A stretch of 62,186 nucleotides of DNA, the filler included, from Diploschistes diacapsis (Eukaryota): assembly GCA_023645945.1 (NCBI GenBank). It is 7 parts of 7 records of this genome, joined end to end, with 100 filler letters (N's around TTAATTAATTAA, not from the genome) between each part and the next. Parts side by side here need not be neighbours in the genome. Positions count along the whole stretch, not along the records: positions 1 to 8,829 come from JALAIB010001106.1; positions 8,930 to 17,743 come from JALAIB010001107.1; 5 more parts are not named here. One strand, given 5' to 3'. Numbering within the stretch: the first letter of the stretch is position 1; each line of letters opens with the position of its first letter. Under the pieces are notes generated by a model, which saw nothing but the letters and a program-made list of their open reading frames with translations, made no database searches and was not told the origin of the DNA. The position numbers and the translations under genes are program-made. Shown here piece after piece: positions 1 through 12,175 of the stretch.

Positions 1-1275
1 CCTCCTCCTCCTCCTCCCCCCCCACCATGTCCAAGCCTATTTCCACGAGTTCTCGCCCCATTGCCAACTGCACTATTTTGCCATCTTCTCGCCCCGTCAG
101 GCGTCGTTGTCGTCTTCCTCCTACCCCTCCCGCAAGCCGCAGCAGTAGCCGCCGCCCAAGGAAGCAAGCCAACAATACTCCTCAAACCCCTCGCAAGCGC
201 CGAGCCTCCCGCGTTCTGCCCCATAAACGCGTCCCGCACGACATCCAGGTCCTGACCGCGCGTCTCAGGCATAAACATCATGGCCACGCCGACGGTCAGC
301 AGCGAGCAGCCGCCGAATAGGAAATAGATGCCACTCGAAGACTTGTCGAGCAGCATAGGTGTGATTAGCGCCACGAAGAAGTTTGTGAGGCAGTTCGCGG
401 CCTGCGCTAGGCTTGTGGCAATGGCCCGGCTGGCTATGGGTTGAATTTCGCTCGCGAATAGTTTGAGGCCGATCGCCCAGGTCATGCTGTATCCGATGGC
501 GAACACGAAAATGGTGGTGATGACAACCCAGCGCCCGCCGCCTGATGTGGTGTGTACGTTGTTTGTGGCGTAGAGAAGGTTCATGATGGCCATGCAGCCG
601 ACTAGTATTGTACCACCGTATATGGTAGAGGACCGGCGACCCCAGCAGTCTGAGAGGGCGATTGCTAAGATAGTGAAGACGAAGATGCAGATGGCGGAGA
701 CACCAGAAGCAAGGAAGGAGCCCTCGGAAGAGGAGAGTCCAGCCTGTTGAAACAAAAGTGGCGCGTACTATTTGGGTATGTTATTTCTTTGCGCGTTTCG
801 GATGACAGTGGGCTCAAAGCATTGAGGAAGACTTGGTCGAGCGGATAGACTTACGTAGATGACGCCATCTATGCCGCTCAGCTGCTGCATAGATATCATG
901 AAAACGCCTAGAACCATCGGTTTCCGGGCATCCTTGGTCAAGAGCAGCTCTTTCACGTCAGCGATGTTCGCACGAACCTTGTCCATAAAACTCTTCTTCA
1001 CAACCTAAGCAGCGAGCAGATCTTACACCATTAAGACCGGGCGAAAGCACCCCAAAGCTGGCTTCAAAAGCAGGCATCGTGGTAACAGGTCCGATAGTAC
1101 TGGTATCTAAGCTGAACAGATGTGTGAGCATAGTGTGCTATCGTCATTTTCGAAAAGAACGATTGACTGACCTATTTGGCATCCCACCAACGGATACGAT
1201 CAAAACTGCAACGAGATATCGAGGAACTTTGACGCTCCATCGTTTTGAACTACTGTTACTTTGAGTTGCGAGCTC
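1..1275 (-). pseudogene. MFS sugar porter, internally deleted (TM1 plus C-terminal half); runs off the window start
   Basis: Manual translation: VPRYLVAVLIVSVGGMPNS / intron 1171-1112 / LDTSTIGPVTTMPAFEASFG, then almost directly QQLSGIDGVIY / intron 854-768 / YAPLLFQQAG...SDCWGRR...FASEIQP...MPETRG (sugar-porter motifs). No in-frame ATG before an upstream TAG. Confidence 0.75.
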
Positions 1276-1676
1276 GTACTAAGATATGCGACTGATATAT
1301 GGATATTCGCGACAGTGGTACGTCATTGCTTTCGATTTATCATGTTGTGCTATGCCCTCTCGCCAGACTTTCCACATTCTGCGCACGACAGACAGCAGGG
1401 ACAAAGGGATACTAAGAAAAGACATGATCTGACTATTTTCTATCGCTTTTCATGTTTTCAAGCATTAGTTTGCATAGACTCAGCCATAAGATGTTATTTG
1501 TTTTACTAAATCCCCTATATCACGGTTTTAATGCCTTGCTTGGACACGATATTGTAGTATTCCCACCAAGTGCTTTGAATTGTCTCGCTTCTCGTCAAGC
1601 GCAGTAATGGAACCCCCCTTGCTGCACAAATAGGGCTTCTATTTTGCCTCCCTTTCAATTCAGGTACTGATCCGGA

Positions 1677-1937
1677 TGTCCAGAATTGATTCACATCGGC
1701 CACTGTTCAATTCTGGACAAGTCAAATTTTGAAATTGGATCAATTCTGGCCCAAAAATTAAATATTCAGCAAAAATTGCATATAAGAACCTCTCCTAGGA
1801 CATTAGGATAAGGAGAGATCTCCCATACCGAGAGTCCCAAGGATCCTGTTCTTGTCCATAAAATGACTAATGAGCCCTGTTTGCACACAAAGTTTGCACA
1901 CAAAAGAATATCTCCTAGGATATTAGGATGAGGAGAG
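1677..1937. repeat. Cluster of inverted and direct repeats (possible MITE/transposon relic)
   Basis: Perfect 13-bp inverted repeat TGTCCAGAATTGA (1677-1689) / TCAATTCTGGACA (1707-1719), third TCAATTCTGG at 1740; 27-bp direct repeat TCTCCTAGGA(C/T)ATTAGGAT(A/G)AGGAGAG at 1791 and 1911. Confidence 0.7.
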
Positions 1938-2663
1938 CATTCCCAGGAAGCACTCAGACGACGTAGACCCTTGGACCCGCAGGCCCAATTCAACTACTTG
2001 CAACACCTTTGCTGAAAATACTAATTCAGCCCGTCGAGCGTCCTTTTGGTAGGCCAATCCTTGCAGCAAGTAGCCGTAGTACTTACAACTCGTCCGCTGC
2101 AGTCGTCGGCTGACATTTTCCAAGCTGTCCATTACGGAGAAGCGCTGCTCTGTTGTGAATTGACTCCGTCCATGCCCGCGCTATCGACATCTTTTTTAAG
2201 GCGCCCTCCAAGCTCGTTAGAGCATCTACCATCTTTGCATAACGCTCTTTCACTTTTGCGTAACAAATCGCCTCCGCTGTCTGTTTGGCTTTATGATATG
2301 CTAGCTCATTACGCAAGGAACAGATAGTTCCAAGAGACCGGAAGGAGGGAGAGGACGCGTATGACTTTTGCTTTCTGATCTGAGTGGATGGCCAAAAATT
2401 GAAGGACAAAATTGAAGGACATGGTCGAACTTCTCTTCCCTCCAGCCGTGCAGGATCCCCTTTTCTCACCACCATGCTCCTGCTTATTTCCTATAGCAGG
2501 GCCACTAACTGTTCGCCGGCGGGTCCGAGGAGCTTCAAGCCTTCTCTGAAGCCCAGACTATCCCATACTTGGACGCTCTAGAGCAAACGGATGTCCCAAA
2601 GCGGTCGACATTAGTCTCCTCGGCTCAAAACAACGCAATCTGTGAAAATGGAAGGCCCAGAAG

Positions 2664-3230
2664 CTATTTCAGCAAATATACCCACTCGGTCCACTCGCGA
2701 TCTGCAGGAGTCTCCACAGGTCTTTTGTCCTGCTCTAATGGAATAGGGAATTGGTATTTGGCAACAAAATCGAAAGCACACTGTGAAAGACGATCATTGA
2801 CTTTGGCCAAGATGATGTCTTGTTCACCAACATACAGGTTGGCCGGGAATTGTGGCAGATCCTTCTCTTCCATGTTCAGGATACATATTGGCTTGTTGAG
2901 AAACTGATGGGGTCCATCAAACATATCTAGCCTTCGTCGTTGCCGCTGAGCATATGCGCTGCCTTCGAAAGAATGATTGCTGCGAGCATAGGTGCTGCTA
3001 GATTCACGTTCGGTCTGAGTTTCTTTTGCAGATCTACTCAAAGTTCTGGATCCGACTGCCGCCACGGGGCTGTCAAGGTGACAGTAATATGCTTGATTCA
3101 TGTTTGAATCAACAGTGGGATTTCCTTGGGAGGAGTATTCAATGCCAACTAGCCCTGGATATCCACCGGCATATGGCGCCGCACTAGAAGCGATCAGAAC
3201 GGGAACACGGAAAGGTAGAGACTGCAGTAC
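2664..3230 (-). pseudogene. Truncated copy of a conserved uncharacterised Pezizomycotina protein
   Basis: QDIILAKVNDRLSQCAFDFVAKYQFPIPLEQDKRPVETPADREWTEWVYLLK matches a block I recall from conserved fungal hypothetical proteins, which normally continue past this point; here TAG follows immediately. Frame is open up to a CAG acceptor at about 3231. Confidence 0.45.
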
Positions 3231-4193
3231 CTGGAATAAGTTTCAGATGTGCCGAGTTGTCGAGCTGCGTGGCTGACAACAGATACGTGATTTCTTGCGG
3301 GATATTCACCAGATGATTCATGGTTAGAGTTTTGTACGAAAGACCATTAACCCAATCTGCACGGTGTGGTTAGTTGTGTGCTTGCTCCTGATATCCCTAT
3401 GTTAAGGAACACTAGGGGTCCAAGAGATCAGAAACTTTCTATTAGAGAGATTCTCTATCTCAGGAGTTAAAAAAGTGAAGATGTCTGGGGCAAGGGCTGG
3501 GTTTATCTGCGACTGCGTGTTTAGTCCAGACCAACGTCTAGGCTCGATGCTGCCTTCTGAACGCCTGAACTTCAGCATGGACATGCCACGAGACTATCAA
3601 ACCTGATCCAACTTAAACTTTAGCGAATCAACAGGCTCGTATATTTGCTAATCTGTTAGCACCGGCATTCGTTTACTGTCATGGCCGCAATCATGTTCTC
3701 GCCCTTTCCGCTTATCGTTTACCTAGTCCTTGATTTCCTCCTAGTCAAATATAACGCCTGCGCCTATAATCGTTGCCAGATTCTTGGAATTAAAAAACCT
3801 GCTGTCTGCATACACTTGTTTCTAGCGTTTTTATTTGTACGTTCGATGTTATCAAGTATATCACTTCCGACCAGGCCTGTCAACTGGACACCGCCATCGT
3901 GATCAGGGCACAATCAGTGTCAAAAGCCAATGCTCGCCGAGGTGACAAGAAGCGAAGAACCAACATGCTTGGGCTCCGTACTCTTGCTAGAAGTCGTCCG
4001 TGACTTCGTCATTTCACCGGCTGGATTGATTTGACTTCGCATGAATGTCTGCGCATCGACATAAATTAGTCCCATTAAGCCATATCGACATGCCGGAATG
4101 GTCAAGGTCTAGCCTGTCGGTCTACTTCACGCCTGTATATGTTGACTAGCTACCTATTCAGATGGCAATGACCTTGTGAAGATTGTTTGAGGC

Positions 4194-4960
4194 CTAATCG
4201 CCAAAGAACAGATCTTTGAGGAAATTGTGAACGCCGGTAATCCAGCCTGATTCTTCACCTTCGTTTTCAAACCAATAATAGCTTGCTAATGCCAGGGAAC
4301 CCTCTTTAGCATCAAGGACATTGACTGCCTGGTAGATTTGAGCTTCAGTACTCGTGCGCGCAGGCGGTGTGACTTTTTGACTGCTCTGTGTCGACGTATA
4401 TGCTAGAAAATCCCCTCCATCTTTCAAGCCGTCGATAGCTTCCACAGGATGATTCTCAGTGTTCTCATGGAGAGGTGGGGTTGCAGAGGCTGAGACATGT
4501 TGGTGACCATTTACCGGCTCATATTCCAGAGAACGCTCACTGAGCTATGGAGTCAGCATTTTCTCGACAACCCTCTGTTGACGCATTTATCGAAAGCAAG
4601 TCACTCAATTCTGAAGCCAGCCTTCTTTCGCTCGCAATACTCATTACGAATGGAGCTAGTCCGCTTCCCCAGCCATTTCTAGAAGCGTCTTGCGGCAACG
4701 TACAAGAATCTCTGTAGGGCCTCGCCTTGAATGTTCTTGCTATACTGCGGATCCACTATGCCCCTGAGCCGATAGAACTTGCATTCTATATAGGATAAAA
4801 TGCCGTCGTCAGTTATGACGACATGAGCTCTCTCGTCACCATCTTCGTAAGTGTATGAGGGCGACGCAGATTTCTGTCCCCTTGGCAGGTACAGTACCCC
4901 TGATTTTGCACTGATCGATGCTAAGCGTTTCTCCCTTGGGAATGAGATATGCTTCAACAT
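4194..4960 (-). CDS. Possible hypothetical protein (multi-exon, may be degenerate)
   Basis: ORFs 4679-4960 and 4194-4445 with a plausible GTGAGC...CAG intron at about 4540-4490; no recognisable domain. Confidence 0.2.
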
Positions 4961-5069
4961 GCTATAGGAAGATTACAAACGATTCATAGTGTCTTCGGGT
5001 ATCAATAAAGATTAACGGCCATGCAATGATTTGAAAACGCCCATTGCGCCATCTACATAGAACAAGATA

Positions 5070-6102
5070 TCATCGACTTGTCTCAGCGGCCACTGAATGG
5101 CCCCTGGTCATGAAATCGCCATCCTTCTGCGGCCCCTTCGGTCCAGACGAGAACAAGCTCTTGAGGCTCTGACTACCCCCTAGTTTCCGCCGTTTGGCCT
5201 TCTCTTGCTCTTCCGCCAGGACCCTCGCCGTCAAAGAAGCAGTTGCCGCGTTTTTAATGCCATTCCTTGAGGCAGAAACCCCGCTGGAAGACTTTGAAAG
5301 CGCCTTTGAACTCAGCACATCGATCGGACCTTCTGCTTCCAGGGCTTCTTTCTTTCGCTTCTTCTTGCTGGACCCGGATCCCTTTTTCAGCGAGTGTGTC
5401 AGGCCTTGTTCTTTGAGAGTTTCGTTTCGTTTCGACAGTCTTTCCCTTTCCGATGGGGCCAGCGGTAGTATGCTTACCACGTTGTCCGTGGAATATGGTT
5501 CACCGCACTGTGATATTATAAGCAACAACCTGACCCAGCATCCACCGATTCTCACCTGCAGGCACTTCGTCTCCGATATTTCCTTGAGCGCTAGCTCCGC
5601 AAAAGCGTGCCCACATGGCACCACATATACAGCCTTCACGCCTGCTCCAAGCACCTTATTCGTAATCGGACACAACCACCTCTCCCGGCTATCGCCATTG
5701 ACCTTCTTCTCACTCGCCTCTTCCGCGTGAAACTTCACCTCGACAACATCCTTCAGTCCTTTCACCCTTCCCTGTAGCAGCTTCTCTTGATCTGCTTTGA
5801 AAGCCTCGGCATCCTTATCTTCCGCTGGCAAAAGGTATTCCAAAATGGCATCCTTGTTGTAGAGTATTCCGGCGTAGTCGGAGACGACAGGCGTTGTCAG
5901 GGGACGCTGCGAGATGGGGCACGTGGACCAGGCGTACTCCTGTTGTTCCTGCCGGGATTCTTTGGCTTCCGAGGCTGTCTGAAGGCGCGCGGCTTCGCGG
6001 ACAAGTTCTCGGCGCTTGGGAATACTAGAGAATTATTTAGTGAGTATGCTAAGGGATGGCTTGGGAAGTGGAAGCGCATTACCTGCCTCCGTCGTTTCCC
6101 AT
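5070..6102 (-). CDS. RTF2: Replication termination factor 2 (Rtf2 RING-like protein)
   Basis: Spliced start MGNDGGS/IPKRRELV (intron 6082-6025), WSTCPISQRPL, LYNKDAILEYLL, WLCPITNK, PCGHAF; second, in-frame intron at about 5556-5509. Confidence 0.92.
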
Positions 6103-6237
6103 TTTGCGCAGGTCAAAGATTGCCGATAAATTGGAACTCGAAAGGTGCGTGCATGTAGCTCGTAAAAGTAACTTGAAGCAAGGTTTGCCTGGTGTGGCGC
6201 AGGATGTGGCGTATGACGGACTAACGTGTGTGGCTAG

Positions 6238-6460
6238 TGACCTCAGGTAGATGTTAGTCTAGATAGGATTCAAGAAGCCGTAAAGGCATATCTAGTATTT
6301 CTATTTGAAGGTAAACGCCAGTTGATATTTTCTCTCGCTTATTTCTCACATTTATTTCTCACAATGATTATTATAGATTCTAATCTCTGCGCAATTCACG
6401 GCAGACGAGTCACCATACAAAATAAAGACATGGACCTGGCCCTACAACTCCGTCAAGATC
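6238..6460 (+). pseudogene. Histone H3-like (H3 variant/CenH3-like) histone-fold fragment
   Basis: DLR-stop, frameshift, then [14 protein letters not shown] / intron 6311-6376 / [26 protein letters not shown], aligning with H3 [40 protein letters not shown]. Confidence 0.75.
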
Positions 6461-8452
6461 CGGCTGTTGTCGTGGCGCCATTAATCTTTAACTTCGAGAA
6501 GAGAACCAACGAATCGGGGTTAAAAAAGCCTACATCTCTCAGAAAGCCCATCCTCGTTACAGTATTCATTTGCTCGTTATTGATGTCCTGCATTGCCTAT
6601 ATCGTGTCCTCAACTCTACCCTCTTGAAATACATTCGAGATTGTTGAATGCTTTTAGCTACTTGGGTGTCTGCTTCTCCTATATAATCAAGGTTGTCAGC
6701 GCCGGTCAGTTCTATAAAAGGGATTTAATACCTTCTTCTTAATCCCTCTGTATTGAACCTGTTGCTGGCTTGAGTGTGTTTAAACATCACACGTGACATT
6801 GCCAGAGAGTCTAGCACCTTCTGGTTTTGTGCTGATACCGCATCCAGACTCGCTTGTGTAGTTTTCACACTGGTGTCATCCTTCATATCCTGACTGAGAT
6901 GGCTCAGCTTTAATTCCATCCCTGACAAAATGTCGGTGTTCTTGTTCTGATCTTCATTCATGATTTCGGCGAATTTTTTCTGATTTTCAGCCATGAAGTT
7001 TAGAAGTTCGGCGCTCTTGTAGGGCTGGTTTCCTTAAGGAAATGAAGAGTAGTGACCGTGATAACACGCGTGAAATAGCAGAATGGCAATATAGAGTTTG
7101 GAGCACTATGGAAATGGGTTAGAAAGATAAAAAACGAGGTTACAGTCCCTTTGCAAAGCAGAATCCTTGACTAAAGAGCTGCTTGCTGACGATAGACTCG
7201 AGCGCACCGTAGCACGCTGCGGAGCCATACTGCTTCTCGCTGGCAAAGCCTCCTAGCGGCTCTCCAGGATACGTTCACAGAGTCCGATCACGAAGAACCG
7301 GGCTGTATACACTGGACGCGCTGTTTGCAGCGGTGAGGAGGCATGCACGTTGTATTTCAAGCTGCGGGCACTCCCATCGGATAGGGTATCGACAATTTCG
7401 GCAGGGAAATCTTGAAGATACATGGACAAGCTCCTCGAGGGCAATCGAATTGAGCCCGATGGCTTGTCCAAACCACTTCCCTGCTGTAGACAAGCCGCAT
7501 CTTGTGAAACCCTTGGATGAAATCATCTGTTGATGCTTGCGCGATACTGCTTGCTCCAGGGAGCACGGAGCAAAGCCGTGGAAGTTCTAGGAAAGGGACG
7601 GGGTTGTCTTCGTAGTCCTTTGGATGAGGCGTCAGATGGGTGTTTTGAGATTGAAGCAGGAGCATCCGCGATCTTTTCCAGAGAACACAGCCCGGCGTCT
7701 TTTACGGAGCGGCTTAACATCGGGTGCCCCGACTCCATGACAGAACGATGTGCAATCCGAAGACCCTCACGTGCAACCTCTTCGAAGGGTTGGAATTTGC
7801 ACGAGGAGTTTCGTTCGACAATGCAGTCGACGCTACAAGGGAGCTGCCGGGTTATTTGGGCCTTCTTAACGTCCTCTGCCTGCCCGGAGCCAGATGTTGC
7901 TCACTATTGTCCTTGTTGGCGGTCAGCTGCGGCAAAGCGCGGTTGTCGTCAAGTGCTGTGCGGGAAGAGTATCGCATCTCTTCCACAAGTCCCTGAGAGA
8001 TATTTCCCATCCATCTACCCGTTCCTAGTTAAAATCGATGGGGTCCATCGACGGATCCGTTCCTACAGCGATTCATCTTTTATGAAAAGTCATTGCTTCG
8101 TGCATCTATATACATATATATGCGTAGAGGTTCGAGGATCTCGTTATGTATGTACGTACTAAGAAGTTTATAACGTACATATAAAATAAAGTAGTGGTTC
8201 CTTCCCTCCTTCCCGTTTAATGTAATTTGAAGGGTATATACATACATACACACATACAAAGAGAAATGTTTATACCATATTCCGTGCCAGGCGTGCCCAG
8301 ACGCGGGATAGGACGGTGCAGCAAAGCACAGCCGGGCGATCCATGCGTAACCTAGACGCCGTCCCGATCCAATGTATCCCAGTCGAAACAGGACAGGTAG
8401 TCCAGTTCGGTACAGTCCAGCGCATCCCATCCCATCCCGAATATTCCATGCT

Positions 8453-8829
8453 TCTTTCCCTTTCTCTCTCTCTATCTCTCTCTCTTCCCACCCCTTCTGG
8501 TTCCCACGCCGTTAAAAAGCTATCGACGCATCGACAACTACCGCCCCTTCGCTCCTCCCTTCCATCTGCCTCACTCCCATCCCTCACGCACCCAACTCCT
8601 CCCTGCATCCCCCCATCCTACACACCTACCCCCAGTCCTTTCTCCTTCCTCCCGACTCCCAGCTCGGCACCTACCCAGCGCCCCACTCCCCTCCACCGCC
8701 GTTAATCCCAACATACCCACCACCTTTACCACCTTCACCAATTCCACCGCCATACCCAACCACCTCACCCCCTCCCTCACCACTACTCCGCCCATATCCA
8801 CCATCTTTATCAACACCACCCGCATACCC
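8453..8829. repeat. (CT)n microsatellite and C-rich low-complexity tract at contig end
   Basis: CTCTCT run at about 8453-8488 followed by C-rich, G-poor sequence up to the linker. Confidence 0.7.
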
Positions 8830-8929
8830 NNNNNNNNNNNNNNNNNNNNNNNNNNNNNNNNNNNNNNNNNNNNTTAATTAATTAANNNNNNNNNNNNNNN
8901 NNNNNNNNNNNNNNNNNNNNNNNNNNNNN
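8830..8929. other. Artificial contig-joining linker (N44-TTAATTAATTAA-N44)
   Basis: 44 N + TTAATTAATTAA (stops in all six frames) + 44 N; occurs identically six times in the window. Confidence 0.98.
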
Positions 8930-10893
8930 TCCCCCGGCTCATCCCCTCCCTGCCCAAATTCATTAACCCTCCCATAATCCACACGATATCTCCAACTCTG
9001 CCACAAATACACGAAGAAAATAACATCGTCCCTCAGCGTCGCCAGCCGATGCAGCGTCGGCATCTTGATGGTGAACGCAAACAGATCGTCGATAAACGTG
9101 TTCAGAAACTTGTACGTCATCGTGCGTCCGGGCATGTGCGCGACGGACTTGAGCCGGTAGTTGATGTATAGGCTCGGTACCATCATCAGGAAGCCGTAGG
9201 CATAGACGGAACCGACGAGGGTGGTCAGCACGAAGGAGTACCAGCCCTTGTGTTCTTCGTAAAGGACGCTGTAGGCTGCGTAGGCGAGCAGCAGGGGCAC
9301 GAAGAGGATGTAGAGGTAGCGGAAGGCAATTTGGTCGTATTCTTGCGTTTTGCGCTCTGTTTCGCTGAGCTTGTGCTTGTCTTCGAAGGTTAGGGTGTAC
9401 GGTAGGATTGCGCCGGGAGTAGCGTTGGGCCGAAGGCGGACGTCGACCGTTTTGGTGATCTTCCAGGCTTCGAGCAGGATGCCCATGCCTTGGCCGAGCA
9501 GGATCATCCAGGACGTGCCGTCGGAGTTGTCGAGGAGGTAGAGGAAGATGACGGATTGCATGAAGACGTTGGCCAGAATGGTGCGGAAAGAGACGCCGAC
9601 GTTGTCTTTCTTGGAGCGCCAGTGGGACTGTAGGGAAGTCAGTATCGAGAAAATCGTAAATAGGAAAAAGAATTGGGGAGGGTTCCATGTCTGGAGAAGG
9701 GCGGACTTACGACATCGTTCTTGAAGGCGAGGAATTCGAAGACGGTGTGCAAGATTGTAACTGCAACTGTCGTCGAGAGCAGATAGATATTCGTGTCGAT
9801 CAAGATCCGCTTAAACTCCTCGAACTCGCTCCCATCCCCGCCCGCTGGCACAGGACCACCGTTCGCAATATTCCTCTGGTTCTGCTTAATACTTTCGTCG
9901 ATGCTAGCGTACATGCCAAACTTCCAATTGTTGAGATTGTTCAAGTCGATGTGCAGAGGCAGGGTTTTGACCGTCGAATTGAGCTCCGTCATGTGGTCTC
10001 GTAGTTGCCAGAAGGTGTTGACGAACACAATCGGGTAATACCATCCGTTCTGGCCGGACGAGTCTCGCGCGCCGGTCGCTTCGAGGACCATGTACTGCCG
10101 GACGGCGGGATGGACTTTCTCGTATTTTAGCACACCGGAGTCGGGGATGAGTGACATCGTGAAGTTTGGGTGGTAGTAAGAGGCTATCACAGGCCCTTGC
10201 GGCGTGGATCCGTCAGTAGCATCCATCTGTTGATCTTCACCTCCAATTAGCTTTCTTGTACGAGTAACTTTTTTCTTTGCCAGATACTGATTCAGAGGGC
10301 GGAAGAAGTGGTATGCCGTCCGCACACTGTAGTCGGGCGCCGCGGGATCTAGCCCGTGCCCGTGGAGGGCAACATAAATATGCGCCCACAGTGTAGCATT
10401 ATGCTGGACATCCTTGGGCACCTTGAACTCGGTATCTATTACTCTTTTATCGCTCCAATCCCCTAGTTTGAAATCCGTCTCATCCAACACTAGCCTCTCA
10501 TCCGGTATATGATGGAAAGCCGGCATTGCCAGCGAAGATGAAAGATAGATCTTGACATCCAGCGAGCTGTTCATGGGCCATATCGGTGCGATGTTCTGCG
10601 GTATTGGGTTGTATTCTTGCACGATTCCGTTGGTGGAGCCTGCTTCTTCGAAGGCGGGTACGGCTTGCTGTTGCTGCTGCGAACCGAAGAACTTGGTGAC
10701 TGCAAAATTGATGAAGTAGACTATCACTATTGTCCGGATGATGGACTGGACCGTGGACTGCGGTTGCGATCAGCATATTCTGCCGTGGGATGGGAATGCG
10801 TGTTGAGCTTACGCTCAGGCCAGAGCCGCGTTCTTCGTTTGCGGTTTGCCCATTGACACTGCTTGCACCTTGCTGCACAGCTTGTTCTGACAT
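8930..10893 (-). CDS. CLPTM1 family multi-pass ER membrane protein (3' end cut by the contig end)
   Basis: ATG 10893 (MSEQAVQQG), introns at about 10813-10761 and 9710-9628; motifs YYPIVFVNTFWQL, HTVFEFLAFKNDV/SHWRSKKD, FLMMVPSLYINYRLKSVAHMP, YKFLNTFIDDLFAF, HRLATLRDD, YRVDYGRVNEFG. Confidence 0.92.
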
Positions 10894-11288
10894 TTTTGCT
10901 ATTTGCGTTTGCGATGTTGAATGGTTGCAGAGAAGAGACAGAGGGAAAGTTCGTGGACAAGTCAGCAAGTGGATTCTGCTGGTGCAGTATCCCTGCAAGC
11001 TGCAGGTTGACGCAATCTTACAACTCAATATCTTAAATGGATTCATGTTGCTGTTGTTATATCCTTTCTACCCGCGAACATGGTTCTTATATACTTTCTA
11101 CCAATTTCATTATGTATTCCTTTTATTCAGTGTGTGATTATAGTGCTGAGTTGTAGACCTCCATCGCGACTCATGTACCTAATTGGTGCTATATAAGAAC
11201 TTTTATCTTCAAATCATAGTATGATGCTTTTGTTGTTATTCTTTGAGCAGAATATAGCGCAACTCGTCTCCTGTTAGAAAGCTATACC

Positions 11289-12175
11289 ATGGCTTCCTCG
11301 ACTCAAATGTCCCCCACAGGAGTTTCCTATACTTTGGCCCCAATTACCATATGCGTATTGTAAGCTTCCGAAACATAATTCTCCTACCACTTCGCATCAT
11401 CAATGCTAACTTCTTCGCTAGTTGCGGCTCATCGCCAGGAACCTCGCCAGCCCACATGAAAGCGGCCCGCTCACTCGCACACGCCTTTGCAAAACACGGT
11501 ATCCGCTTGGTCTACGGTGGCGGCACTGTAGGTCTTATGGGTGAGCTGGCGCGTACTCTAGTTTCGTTGTCCGGGCCTGAAGCCGTCCACGGGATCATTC
11601 CCCAAGCCCTCGTACAATACGAGGCAGCAGGTCGACCAATTCATGTTGGCAAGCAGGGGCAAGTCCAGCAAGACGTTGGTATTGGGGCAAATGGAGAAGC
11701 CGTTGCATCCGACCAAGCAGAAAAGTGTGATGATGCCACAATGAATGCAGCAAATACATTGGTGGGAGGTGGATCAATCACGGAGCCAGTCCCCCAATTC
11801 GAAGTCTTTGGTAAAACAACAGTTGTCAATTCCATGCATGAGCGCAAACAGATGATGGCAGACCTAGTAAAAGCTGGTGGTCCGGGTTCAGGCTTCATTG
11901 CGCTCTCAGGAGGCTACGGGACTCTTGAGGAGCTCATGGAAGTTACGACCTGGAACCAACTCGGAATACACGCCCGAGGGATCTGCCTGTACAGTGTAGG
12001 TGGCTACTGGAACGGCTTGGTGCAATGGATCCAGACTGCCGTTGAGTCCGGGTTCATCACCGAGAAGAATAGGGCGATTGTGGTGCTAAAGGAGGACGCA
12101 GAGGCATGTGTGGAGGCGCTCAAGGGCTATGAGGTTAGCAATGGGCGTTTTCAGCTCAAGTGGGAAGAGAAGTGA
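11289..12175 (+). CDS. LOG family protein (lysine decarboxylase-like / cytokinin riboside 5'-monophosphate phosphoribohydrolase)
   Basis: Spliced ICVF/CGSSPG (intron about 11360-11421), LVYGGGTVGLMG, MHERKQMMA, GGYGTLEELMEVTTWNQLGIH. Confidence 0.92.

Noticed and set aside
1791..1937. CRISPR-like repeat-spacer array
   Set aside because: Only two units with a 93-bp spacer, eukaryotic context, no cas genes
6725..8162. ORFs 6725-6994, 7253-7471 and 7530-8162 as genes
   Set aside because: No recognisable domain or consistent splice structure; a faint F-box-like LQDFPAEIV is too weak to call
8874..8885. TTAATTAATTAA recurring about every 8.9 kb as a biological periodic element
   Set aside because: Always embedded in exactly 44+44 Ns; it is a six-frame-stop assembly spacer
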